A DNA stretch of 63,411 bases, filler included, from Hausera hauseri (lineage: Eukaryota): assembly GCA_046269625.1 (NCBI GenBank). It is 11 parts of 11 records of this genome, joined end to end, with 100 filler letters (N's around TTAATTAATTAA, not from the genome) between each part and the next. Parts side by side here need not be neighbours in the genome. Positions count along the whole stretch, not along the records: positions 1 to 4,215 come from JBJURY010696104.1; positions 4,316 to 16,932 come from JBJURY010022230.1; 9 more parts are not named here. One strand, given 5' to 3'. Positions 1 through 12,200 of this stretch are shown piece after piece (position 1 is the stretch's first letter; each line of letters begins with the position of its first letter). The notes under the pieces were generated by a model. The model did not search any database and was not told the origin of the DNA. It saw nothing but the letters and a program-made list of their open reading frames with translations. The translations under genes and the position numbers were made by a program.

Positions 1-1638
1 GTATCTTCGAGTTGCAGTAATTGGTATAGAAATTGCACTAAAACATTTGAATATAGTAAAGTTAAAAATAATCAATAATCTTACTTTATTCATGTTGAAC
101 GAGAGCGAGAGAGATAAAGTGATTGTGTTCAATAATGAAATAGTATTAATACGTTCAGTATGCGTGCGTGCATGTGCGTGTGTTGTTTCAACGTTTGTTT
201 TGTATGCTGTAGAGTTTTTTTTATTTTTAATAAATGTACATTATTTGTCAAAAGTTTAGCTCATTAATGATATCCATGCTTTTGTATACAAATAATTTCA
301 TAATGTGTACGCGTATTATTTTATCATATCATTGTCTGTATAATTTTAACCACTAGTTTACATATTTGATACTATTTAATTGATTTTCCCTATGTAAATT
401 ATGCTAAATTCATATAATGAACGTCTTTATATACATACACACACACTGAGCACGACGCATCATGTATCAGGCTTAGTATTTCAACCTTCTTACATATGTG
501 GTTCTCCGCTTGTACCACCGTTCTCTACTGTCCGATCACGTTAATTTTGCTGTCGTTCGATTTGTCTCAGTGAGACGAATCGAACGGTACCCATATCGAC
601 TGCAGTTACTGAGCTATAGGTCATTTCCCAACCCCCTAAACCGTTGTTGTTGCTTCGTCTTTCGCTCATAACTCCGACCCGACACGATACAGTCCACCAG
701 CATCCCATTCGACGTAGCACAATGTGACATGTCAAACAATACCCGAACGGACTCAATCGGCTTGTTGTCGGCTGAGCTACAGTACATTATTGGAAATTTG
801 CCGGAAAAATCTCAACTGTTCTAGAACCGGCATACCCTTTGTCGGGCCACCAGAAACGTTGCCCGAACATGTTATATATCGTTCGAATCGCGCTGCCATG
901 CCAAGACCAACTGTGCAAAGAAACTGACAATACGGGTTTTGGCTCCGACGCAATCCCAAGAAAACCTCAAAAGTGCTCAAGTGCTCACTGCTCAAACTTG
1001 GTGAGTCGGAGAACCATGATCATTTCACCGTTCGATTCGTCTCCATATCACCGTTCCAACGCTATGCGGATCAATTCATTATCCACTACCGTTTCGGAGT
1101 TATGGTCATTTTCCCGTTTTTTTTGACCGAATACTACTCGACGGAATCGATGAAATCCCTGTGTGATGTGAGGATTTTGAGCAGTGTTCATTTCAAACTT
1201 ATTTTTTTGCTCAGTTTTCTGCCCATAACACCGGCCCATACATACCAATCACGTCACTTTGTGCTCCTTTCGCCTCAGCTCATTGAGACGAATCGAATGA
1301 CTACAAAACGAACTCCGTACGACTCCTACGGGCTGAGATATGGATTTTCCGGTCATTTTTACCGAAAAACTGGAGCAGTTCCAGAACCGACATACACTTT
1401 TACGGACCATCCAGAAGAGTTATCCTTACAATCCTTATACCATTCGAACCGCCGTGATGTGCCTATGTCAACCATGAAGAGAAAATTGCATTATATTTCT
1501 TCACTCCCACGCAATTCCCCAAAAACCACTTTTTCTTTCAAGTCAATTTCTCGGTGTCCTTAACGCATTTTCGCAATTTTTCAATTCAGAACACATGAAG
1601 ACACGGCTGCTGCGCATTTTTGTCATTTCCTGCCCCGA

Positions 1639-1760
1639 AATTGCACAACTTCCGGTCAAAATTGCGTAATTTTCACCGGATGTGACGCAATTTACACCGG
1701 AAGTGCCTCAATTTACAGCGGAAGTTGCGCAATTTCGCACCGGAAGTTACGCAATTTGCC
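1639..1760 (+). repeat. Subterminal array of ~21-23-bp repeats (CAATTTACACCGGAAGTnnCG-like), including one inverted copy
   Basis: Read directly: caccggatgtgacgcaattt / acaccggaagtgcctcaattt / acagcggaagttgcgcaattt / cgcaccggaagttacgcaattt, preceded by inverted aattgcacaacttccggt. Confidence 0.8.
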
Positions 1761-1795
1761 CGGGGGTGTTCCAGAACCGGCATTTTTACACTACT
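1759..1795 (+). mobile_element. Polinton/Maverick-like right terminus (ends ...ACACTACT-3')
   Basis: CCCGGGGGTGTTCCAGAACCGGCATTTTTACACTACT; similarity to the copies at 4708-4748 and 45673-45708 stops exactly at ACTACT; Polinton TIRs typically start AGTAGT. Confidence 0.65.
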
Positions 1796-4215
1796 GACAT
1801 TCGATTGTAGTACTTTTTCTTTTAGTTAATCTGTCAACGTTTTCTTGCAATAATTTAGGTACATGATTCAATTCTTGAGTGTTGAAATAATCTTCGCGCA
1901 TTAACAATACTTGGTTGCATAATTCTTGGTTTATTTCTATTGGGTCATTTTTAGTGGTTATTGTATTCGTCAACATAGTATTAAAAGGTATTAGTTCCTT
2001 CCGATTTAACTTGTTACGTTCCTCACTTGGATTACTGCGGTTATTGCTAATTCCCTTTATTTAATTTGCTAATTTACTTTCCTCTTTTATTGAGTTACTC
2101 TATTTTAATTCATTTTGTTCGTCATTTCTTTTAGAGTCGTTATTATTGTAAATTATAGTTATCATAGGTGACAAAAGTATCCATAGCGCTAATGTGGTCC
2201 ACGAAAGTTTTATTTGTTGACTAATGATTTCCGCTGCATCTACTATATTCACAAGGAATAATATACATATTCCTGTGAAAAATAACATCCCCAGGGAAAA
2301 TGGGGCATAACCTTTTATTCCAATAGATGTTCGTTACTGTTTCTTTTCCTCTAAATCTTGTATATACTGGGCTCTTGTCCTATCCGCTATCTTGACCAAA
2401 ATATTCGACTCCTTTACCAGCAAATTGCATTTGGTCGATTTTCATCCAGTGTTCTGCAGAAAAGTTACTAAGGGTTGTCCTAGACGCCTATTCCAGACCC
2501 GTTTAATTTCTTCCATACTACTGATAAATTCTCGTCCTCCTATTTTCAAATTATGATATTTGTAAATCTTGATTGCTCTACTTGCCGCTATAAAATCATT
2601 ATGATGAGGTTTCCCTAGTTTAACTAAATCGGGGTTTGTGTAGTATACTTCTTCACAGCTTATCTTGATTAAAAGCTTGTCTAGTGGGATTAACAAATTG
2701 AAATCCAATTTCATATCTTCGCAAATTATCTTTAAAACATACTTATATTGTTCATCATGAATTCCGCAAGTTTCATGATATTTAGTAAGGAAATCTCTTA
2801 AGTCTATAAGATTACTAATGGGTCATTTAACCAATTGTTGTGCGTGGTGAAGTCGTTCTGGAGTGGTCAGGAAAAAACCGTCTAGTCGGTATTTATGTAC
2901 TGTTTCTACTGTCAACGGGAATAGTAACGATTTTCTTTCTTTAGTTGTGGTAATTTAACATATTCCTGATTAATACTATATGATTTATCTGTTGATTGAA
3001 ATTGTTTAACTTCTTTAGAGGAAAATTGCTTAGTTTCTTGTTTAATCTCCTTCGGTTGTTATTTACTAATTTCTTCTTTCAAGAATTTAATACATTCTTC
3101 TGCTTCTCTCAATCTTTTCTTTATCAGTGCATAACTTTCTGGTATTTGAAATTCATCTATTGTCTGGATTCCATTTAAATCGGGATAAATTGAAACTGAC
3201 GACGATGGCCTGGATGATTCTTGTACAGTATCTCAATGTTTTTTCAGGTATTAATGTTGCACTCAATGTCGAATAGATGTCTGAATCGGTTGTAGAGGGT
3301 AATGTTAGTTGTCTTCTCTTAATATTTGGCGAAAAGGTGAGGTTCTTGTCATCATCGGTTTTGAATTTGCGCATCCACACATTATAAGTAGTATCAACGT
3401 TATTAATACTATTATAGTCGAAAAACTGTAAGGAAGTTTAAAAATTGATCTAGCCTCGCCAGCCTGTGGAGCGTATATCATACGGGTTTGTTATTTTACG
3501 AGCGAAATTAGATTCAGCAATTTGTTTGGTTATTTGTTTTAGTTCAGTTAGGTTTAGGGTTGGTGGAATAGTCGCTTCTCCCGATACGAACCACCATTGA
3601 TCATTTTGTTGTCGATTGGTCTCCTTGTAACCGTCGCGGTCGAAATCGATATGTTGTCCTCTGACTTCCAGTTTCGCTCCAGTTAATTTATAAATTACAT
3701 CTAAACCAATAATAAAATCAGTATATGATTCATGTGGGCTGGGAAAACAAGTAACATCGGTATATCCTATTGTTAAATCTATCTTCCCGCTAGCCTCTGG
3801 CATATAGTAATTCGCTTATACAATCGTAAATTTAAATGAGTCAATGGACTCGGATCTAATTCTGCATTAACATATTTACCATACTCTTTAACCAACTGGT
3901 ATTAGAAGAGGATAATCATTATAATTTTGTCGATAGTGCATATATAGTTCTTCTAATCTTTTTACCTCCTCGTCCAGTTCCTTTATATTTTTCCGATATT
4001 TTTCCAAATCTTTAGTTCTTTCTAAAAAATTTGTCATTACGTCGATCACTATGTCGTAGTCTATTAATGTACCTCAACCTATTATGCAAGGAATAGTTGC
4101 GTTATCCACTATATAGTACTGAATTTTTGTGCGTTTACCTTTCAATTTTGTTAGTGCTGTAGTTACACCTGTTATTTTCAATTAATTTCCAATTATTAAT
4201 TTGATTTATTTCACT
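1796..4215 (-). pseudogene. Decayed retroelement-like polyprotein with aspartic-protease-like C-terminal motifs and a hydrophobic signal/TM segment
   Basis: Broken minus-strand ORFs include YYIVDNATIPCIIG (~4080-4130) and YTDFIIGLDVI (ORF 3450-3803), resembling the retropepsin ILGxD motif, plus hydrophobic MLFFTGICILFLVNIVDA (2100-2288). Confidence 0.35.
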
Positions 4216-4315
4216 NNNNNNNNNNNNNNNNNNNNNNNNNNNNNNNNNNNNNNNNNNNNTTAATTAATTAANNNNNNNNNNNNNNNNNNNNNNNNNNNNN
4301 NNNNNNNNNNNNNNN
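4216..4315. other. Artificial contig-joining linker (44 N + TTAATTAATTAA + 44 N); identical copies at 16933-17032, 21465-21564, 26970-27069, 33433-33532, 37558-37657, 42660-42759, 46791-46890, 51544-51643, 58588-58687
   Basis: Ten 100-bp spacers of the same design; TTAATTAATTAA places stop codons in all six frames; the flanking sequences are unrelated. Confidence 0.97.
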
Positions 4316-4707
4316 GCATCGTGCACCTTCCGTTCCGGTACCGTTCGACTAGTCGCTGCCCAATTGCCGTGGGACCGGTGCCCGCTCACCGCTATCGTTT
4401 TCCAGTTCCCCATAAACCATATGCCGGTCCTGGCTCACTTTTTTGCCCGAGACCCTTTCTTCCGCCCGATATCCCATCGACTTCGTTCCTTCACCGTTCG
4501 ATGCGCCTTTGCTTCCGCATCATTTCTATGTGCAACACATCTCCGTGCACCACTTCTTTCTTACATCCTCTTTTTTCGTGCACTTCCCCTGCTTCCGGGG
4601 TGCACCATGCACCGTGCATAGCATATTTTTTGAAATCTACGTCGTCGAATCTATCCTTCCGTGCGGCTGTGCGCATCAAACAAGCTTCGGATTGGCTGCA
4701 TGGCAGC

Positions 4708-4748
4708 CCCCGGGGGGGGTGAGCCAGGACCGGCATTTTTCTACTACT
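4708..4748 (+). mobile_element. Polinton/Maverick-like right terminus (ends ...CTACTACT-3'), abutting or inserted into the retroelement 5' LTR
   Basis: CCCCGGGGGGGGTGAGCCAGGACCGGCATTTTTCTACTACT, homologous to 1759-1795; abrupt switch from GC-rich to AT-rich sequence right after it. Confidence 0.65.
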
Positions 4749-5293
4749 CTGGATATTTGAAGCGTGTAATTTTTAAAAATTTTCTAAACACCCAATGTAA
4801 TTGAAAAATTATATTAAAGCTAAACATTGGAGTCTTCTATTTTTCTGTTTTCAGTAATTTGATAATTTTTTATTTCTCCAGGTAGTTTGATATACCTAAA
4901 TTTAATCGTAAGGAAGATACTGAGCTTAATTTTCCGATTGAAGAAATATTTTTTGTGATTCTGAAACACAAACTGTTGCTTAATCACTTGACATAGAATA
5001 TGACAAAATTTCAATTGCTTATAGGTTGATAACGTCGCCTGTCATCAAAACGAGAAAACAATAAAAGCTCAAAAAGAAGCAGAGCTAAAATTAGACAATC
5101 AGGACATTCGCATAAACATTATTTCGTATTTCTTCATTTTCGCCCTAACATTCAAAGGAATTTCTAAATTTTATAATATTTCAAATTATTTCAACCAATA
5201 TTCTGCTTAGGTTCGATTTCTAGTGTGTCGTAAATATCCTTCTACCACAAAGTATTTGTTAAATTAACAGTTTTCATAATCTCAAACTTAACA
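4749..5293 (+). repeat. 3' part of the 5' LTR (ends ...CTTAACA; AATAAA near 5060)
   Basis: Ends in AACA one base before the PBS, complementary to the TGTT start of the 3' LTR. No overlap is visible with the 242 bp of 3' LTR present, so the LTR is probably longer than ~790 bp and truncated at its 5' side. Confidence 0.6.
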
Positions 5294-5294
5294 T

Positions 5295-5312
5295 TGGTGT
5301 CCCTAGTGAGGA
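5295..5312 (+). promoter_or_regulatory. Primer-binding site, elongator tRNA-Met-like
   Basis: TGGTGTCCCTAGTGAGGA directly after the LTR end; resembles the complement of the metazoan elongator tRNA-Met 3' end (TGGTGCCCCGTGTGAGGA, from memory). Confidence 0.7.
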
Positions 5313-5411
5313 GGTACGCTGGCGTCGTATTCTTTACGCAACAAACATAAAGCACACTATAAATAATACATATGAAAATACGGATTTGGCAAGAAGCCCG
5401 CCCGGCTATGA

Positions 5412-6260
5412 ATGAGACTCTCAGGACAACAGAATCTCCAGATGTCCAGCTCAGGACTGTGCCAGCATAGGCAACAATGGCACAATGGTTTTACCATGGA
5501 CAAATTCGAAGACACACCAGATCAGGACTATAGTGAGTTCCTGATGCAGTATCATATGTATTACGAAAGCTTCGCATGGACAGACGAACTTAATATAAAG
5601 ATTATCCCTTTGTATCTCAAACGTATAGCACTTAGCGTTTACACACAAATCACAGATGATGACAAAGCTGATTGGGCTAACCTTAAGAAGTCCCTGGAGG
5701 AAAGGCTCTTAGCAGACCCATCAGGAAAGGGTCGAATTGGAGAATTCAACAGAAGATGTCAAGGAAAAGGCGAAACCGTGCAAGAGTTTGCATGTGCCCT
5801 TCAGAAGTTGGCTCAGAGAGCCTATGTAGATGAAGATACAAGGGAAGATGCTCTCCTGGCTCAATTCTGTTATGGTATTAACAAAGAAATACAGAATTAC
5901 ATTATTGTTGCAGATCCCAGCACATACAAAGAAGCTGTTAGTAAAGCAAGAAAGATTGAAATTAATTATGAAAGATTGGAGAATACGAAAAGGCCGCCCC
6001 GAAACGAAGATAAAAAGATGAAAAGTTTTCAACAAAAGAAAAATTTTCAACCAAGTCAAAATTTTCAGAAATTCCAAAAATTCCCGAATCAATCTGGACA
6101 ACAGAAAAAGGTTACTTGGCAGAATCAATCCCAGAATACTTGGCAAAATCAGCCTCAAAAATCTGCGATGAGAAAACCAATGGTAAACCAAGACGGACAA
6201 CCATTGTGTTTTGCATGTCAAAAATATGGACACATGGCCCGCTCATGTCCTATGCAAGGA
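5412..6260 (+). other. Gag region (retrotransposon capsid-like + CX2CX4HX4C nucleocapsid knuckle at ~6207-6248)
   Basis: RCQGKGETVQEFACALQKLAQRAY...LLAQFCYGINKEIQ is the typical Gypsy gag signature; zinc knuckle CFACQKYGHMARSC. Confidence 0.88.
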
Positions 6261-9200
6261 CAATCAAGCCAGAAAAAGAAGAATATTGATATGATCGGTA
6301 ACATATCGGACACTGATCATGAACATGAAACCACAGACACAGAACCTGAAGAGTCGATAGAAAAATTGCAACAGAAAATTAGAAGTAAATTAAAAGAGTG
6401 CAAAACGAATACAATTGAAGAAGATGAACATAAAATTGCTGAGTTAAAACAGCTGTATCTGGAATTAAAAGAGCAGCAAATTTGCGAAGAGCGACATAAA
6501 AAGACGAACGAAAATTCGATTATCGCTCCAGTAGGCAGACCCAAGAAAGTGCCTGCCTCGGAACCAGATACTGAAAAGAAAAAGGTCAAAAGAAAAGATA
6601 GACCATTGATACAAGAAGAAGATCTAAAAACTCCATCATATTCACCTTCCGGAAGCGAGGAAAGTGAAGGAAGTAAGAGGAGCGAAGGCGAACAGAGTGT
6701 GAAAATAAAAAGAGTAAGAAGAAAGAAAGTGACGGAATCGCCGCAGCAAATAGAAACTCCACCTGTTGATTTGGATCAACATGGCACAGAAATCGTACGA
6801 CAAATGATGAGATATGCCAACCAGGAATTGATAGATGGTGCACAGTTCAGGCAGGATCTCTCTATGTTGTTAACCCCAACGATCAGTCACCAACAATTCG
6901 CTGATTTATTGGATTTATTATTAATACATGCCGCCGATGGAAATCCCCATCGCAATTTCGTACGATACGTAATCTACCGTTACGCAGAGAGAGTGAGACT
7001 TGTCAGAGAAAATCCTGAAGTAAGGATCACGCTGCAACAGTACAATCAAGATTTTAGTGTTCTAAAAATGAAATCGTTGGATAATGTAGCTACATTGAAG
7101 CATAAAATCAATGAGACGATCCAAGGAGAATTAGAATTACGTTTTTATGGACGGACGCTATTGGACTACGAAACCATATACGAGGTAGGTATGTGGGAAA
7201 ACAGGTATAATCCAGTATGCCTGGCGCTAAGACAGAGCGAACAAGAAATAATAGATGAAATACTTGCCGAAGTTGCACAGAAAGATACTCAAGAAGCTGA
7301 ACCACATTATGAAGCTCAACGGACAGAGATTGGAACAAATATTCCTATATCAGAGCAGATTCAGACCGACAAAAGAGGCCGCGGAAGACCAAAAGGAACA
7401 ACGAAATTGTACCAATTGAAAGGCAGAAAAGCGAGAGATGACGAAGTTGTTCGGAGATTATTAACAACTGAAGAGGAGTATGATGCTGCTAATATCTCAT
7501 TAACGATGTTGTTGCAAACTCTTTTAGCTAGAATGAATCCTGCCTTCGTCGAATTTAACACCAATCTACAGATACCAGATTCGCTAATGCGGAATATTCG
7601 GAATGAGATAACAAAAATTAGTGAGCAGTTTGCAGATATCCCCACAGACGAGAGAATAAACGAAATACAAGAAAGAGATATACTCTCAAGAATGATGGGA
7701 ACGGGAATATCTAGAAACAAAATTATGACAGCTATATCCTATCTCTTATACAAAATAATAGTAATGAATGGTGTAAACCCAAACCAAGAAGAGATAGAAA
7801 GAAATATAGAAATAGCTACAAGAGCTTTGAAAGCTAACGTCGAAGGATGGGTTAAATGTCGAGGAGGATGGATCAATAGTCTGATTCAAATACAAGAATC
7901 CACATCTGCTATGTATGAACAAACAGAAAATCATCCACCACGTCTACAAGAAAGACAGCAACACCAACAACCAGATTTTGATTTATCTTGGTTAGTCAAA
8001 ATTATACCTATTCTTCTATTATTTAGTTTTATACCAAAAACGCATACGATTATCGCTTACGATTGCAGCCAAGCCAAAGAGGGACCGATATATTCCTTGT
8101 TGGACTTGGAAAAATGTCCGTATGCTAATCCAGCATCATTGACTACAACAACTGATAGAGAATATTATGTTTATCAAGAGTCAGAATTTGTAAGAACCAA
8201 GGTGAGAGAATGCTTTGTACGAAAGAACCACTTCCATTTTATTTGTGGATATTGGTATAGAAATTCAGCCATAGTAGAACCAACTACTCCGTTCGAACCA
8301 CTCGCGATAAGTAAACGAATGTGTGTTGAGGCCTTCGTAACAAAGCAGATTAACATCGGAAGTGTCCGGTTAAAAGCCCAGAAAGGAAAAATCACCAACA
8401 AAAGAATTTTTGTAGCAGGCACAATTGACAAAACAGGATATTGTAAAGGAGAATCCTACAATATAAATGGTGAAATTCTGGATAACATAGTAGCTATTGA
8501 GGATTATCAGGTTGAATTAAGGGAATATGATGCCTTGTTTGAATTGGAATCGGGAAAAATGATGACGTTTCCTGAATGTGACTATTACAATAAAGAATGT
8601 GATACAGGTGAATCTATCATGTCATATGAAGTGGATAAAGATCAATGCCGATTAGCATTACTAAGAAAAGGAAAATTTAATGAAACAAAAGGCCGAATGT
8701 TCAAAGAAGAAATATCAAAAAGTAGATTAGACCGAGTATCGGATATGGTTGATACTCCAACTATAGCATACTCAGCAGATCCAAGCGAAGGTATGAGATT
8801 TAAAATAGAAAGTGACACGAAAAGATGCGACCAAGTGGTATATCGAACTAACTATAAAGGTATATTTCTATCAACAAGCGAAATAAAAAAGGCACAGAGG
8901 AAAATTGATAAATCTGAAGTAAAGCCGCATCTATATTTCGATAATAAATTAGATTTTATTTATCACTTCCAACAAGAAAACATCTACTCCATGTATCGTG
9001 AAATAATATTGAACGATTGCAAGATGAATCGAGAAATAATCCGAAATAGAATATATCTATCAGCAATAACGGATGGTATAATAAAAGATCCTGCCGAATT
9101 ACCCGACGCAGAAGGAAAATTCGCACGGACAATGGGTGAAACGCTAGTTACATTCGAATGTATAAGAGTAGCTGTTAAATTAAGACCAATTGCAGAATGC

Positions 9201-12200
9201 ACTATGGAACTACCTGTTTGGTACAAAAACCAGTCACGATTTCTACAACCAATTACCCGAATATTACTGGAATCTGCGGAAAAACCATACGTGTATCAAA
9301 ATTGTACGTACACAATGTCGCCGGCATTCCGGCTAAGTGATAACTATTGGGTTAGGATGCCCAAAAAGGAGCAGATTACTCCGCCTCGGAAAATTAGTTT
9401 AATTAATCTAAAGACTGAACAACAGTATAAACCTCTAACAGAATTGGTAAAGATGGGTGTATATTCCGAACAAGATATGGAAAATCATAGAAGAATGATG
9501 ATGTTCCCTCAACAGAGACAAAAAGTTTTAACAGAGATGGCGATGAAAGTACTATCTGACCATGATGGAAAAGCTAATTGGGAAAACCTAATGGGACCCG
9601 ATTATGCCCAACGAATTGCCAAAAATATATTCGCAACCGCATGGGGATGGTACATGTGGTTTGGCCAGTTCAATTCTGGATGGCTAGGATTCTACTACAT
9701 TTTCGCATTTGTAAAAGCTATTCTTACAATGATAACTAAAGGTTACGGCATTAAACAAGCCGCCGGATGTACATGGAAAATCGTCTATGCATTGATTCCA
9801 TCTCTAGCTAGTTGTTTCCTAATAAAACAAGATGCTCAATGGAAACAAAAGAATAAAAATAAAAATGATTCAAACGACGATGAGGATATACCTCCAACAA
9901 AGAAAGTCAAGCCTCGTCCAAATCCACCTTCAAGTACAAGAAAAACATGGAGCTTGATCACAGCCCGAAGTAAGAAACGAAGAACGTTGCTATCAGACAT
10001 TCCACAAATGAAAAGATGGAATGAATATCCGATGGAACAATACCAGTTCATCACCAACGATTACGTAGATGTACATTACCCTAGTGACATGGAAAACTAT
10101 GATCCGAAACACATGAAGTTAACTTTTTACCCATCGGCTCCAAAAGAAGCTTTAATAACCAGTATAGATGGCGGTAAAGTAATACCCAGAACGGTAATTT
10201 GGATTGATGGACATCCCATTACCGCAATAATTGATACCGGAGCATCAGCATCGATGATTTCGCGAAAACAATTACCGGAATCGTTGAAGAAAAAGTTACT
10301 GAAACCAACAGAAGAACTTACGAATGTTGGCGCATTTGGAACAAAAGTGCAAGTTAGAGATCTAGTAAAATGCGAAACAAAAGTTCTTAATCAAAAATTT
10401 GAACAAGAATTTAGAGTAGCAGACGAATTGGTAGCCGAAGCTATACTCGGATGTGACGCATTGGCAAAGCTAAAAGATACGTGCATTCATCTGGAAACTC
10501 AGCAACTCCAACCATATAAAAAGGTGAAAAATGGAAAGAAAGATACAGTATCCGTTAAAGAAGATGTGCTGATACCAGCTAGGACAGAAATCGTACTCAA
10601 AGCCTTGGTACAAGGAAAAGATGAAGGTGACGTTTACATTGAACCAAACATAAACTTTATGAATAAAAACGAATTATGGATAGCTCACTCAATTGATAAT
10701 ATCCGAGAACAACAAGTAATTGTTAGAATAGCCAACGTTTCTAATAAGTCCAAATTGCTCAGAAAAGGAACAATAATTGCTTACGTATATACCATAAAAG
10801 ATATAGGCAGTAATGCGACAGAAGCCATTATATCGACCGTTCAGGAATTATCAGAATTCATGGAAAGACAACGGCAGAAACCACGGACAGAATGTGGACA
10901 GCGATTTGAAAATGAACCTTTAAACAAACTAAAAACTCATCTTAACAAAAACAAGAAAACTATCTTGTTAGTTAAGACTCCTATCAATTGGCCAGATTAT
11001 GACTTATTTGGTAGAGAAAGCGTACTAACAGACGAAGAGAAGGAAGGTATAGTTAAAATATTAGAGCAATATAAAAACGTGTTTGCAATAGACGAATATG
11101 ACATGGGAATAATACCTGTCATTAAGCACGAAATAAAACTGAAAGCAGGAATGGAAACGCCTATCAAAAAGAGACCATATCGACTCAATTACGACAAAAG
11201 AGAGAAGGCTAAGGAAATAATAGCCGAGATGAAACAATATGATATAATTAGACCAAGTAATTCTCCTTGGGCGGCACCAATTGTAATGGTACAGAAGAAG
11301 GATGGATCGATTAGAATGTGCGTAGATTATAGAGCCCTCAATGAAGTAACGATAGATAACACCTATCCGTTACCCAGAATCGATGAGATGTTGGACAAAT
11401 TGAAGGATAAAATGTTGTTTACTACACTAGATCTGCAGAAAGGATTCTGGCAGATAGAAGTTCAAGAAGAAGATAAGCAGAAAACTGCTTTTGTAACATC
11501 AGATGGACACTACGAATTTAACCGAATGGCATTCGGAATGAAAAATGCCCCGGCAACATTCCAAACAGCTATGGATATAATCACTATGGATGCCCCACAC
11601 ATAATGTGTTATGTAGATGACGTTATAATTGCTTCAACTGATTACAAACAGCATAAAGAACATCTGAAAGACATGTTGGAGAGATGCGCACTCCTTGGAA
11701 TAAAAGTGAGTCTCAAGAAATGTTGTTTCGCCAGGACAAAAGTTGACTTTTTGGGTCATACAGTGAGCAGAGAAGGTATCAATCCACAGATCGGCAAGAT
11801 AAACAAAATCCAGGATTTTCCAGTCCCAAAAACGGTCAGAGGAGTTCGAAAATTTCTCGGTTTAACAGGTTACTATCGGAAATTTGTTAAAGATTACCAG
11901 CAGATAGCTTCTCCACTACATTCATTGTTACAAGAAAATTCTAAACTTGTATGGACACAGGAATGCCAAAAAGCGTACCAACAATTAAAAGATAATTTAT
12001 TAGCCCCACCTGTACTGGCCTATCCAAATATGTCAAAACCATATTTCTTGGCTACGGACGCAAGCAAGGTCGGTATAGGAGTCGTTTTATCTCAAAAGGA
12101 TGATCAAGGACAGGAGCATCCAATATCATTTGGAGGAAGAAAGTTAAGAAAACATGAAAGAAACTATTCTACCATTGAACGAGAATTACTCGCGATAGTT

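Noticed and set aside
47-1563. ORFs of 66-196 aa, and those at 4321-4760
   Set aside because: No recognisable domains; they lie in GC-richer subterminal repeat DNA and overlap in several frames.
1639-1760. CRISPR-like array
   Set aside because: The repeats are contiguous and degenerate, have no unique spacers, and the context is eukaryotic with no cas genes.
1789-1797. CACTA transposon start (CACTACTG)
   Set aside because: Homology with the other copies lies upstream and ends at ACTACT; the 4748 copy lacks CACTA.
10550-10800. Active dUTPase between protease and RT
   Set aside because: Only the generic beta-strand spacer common in Gypsy pol is present; dUTPase catalytic motifs are not seen.
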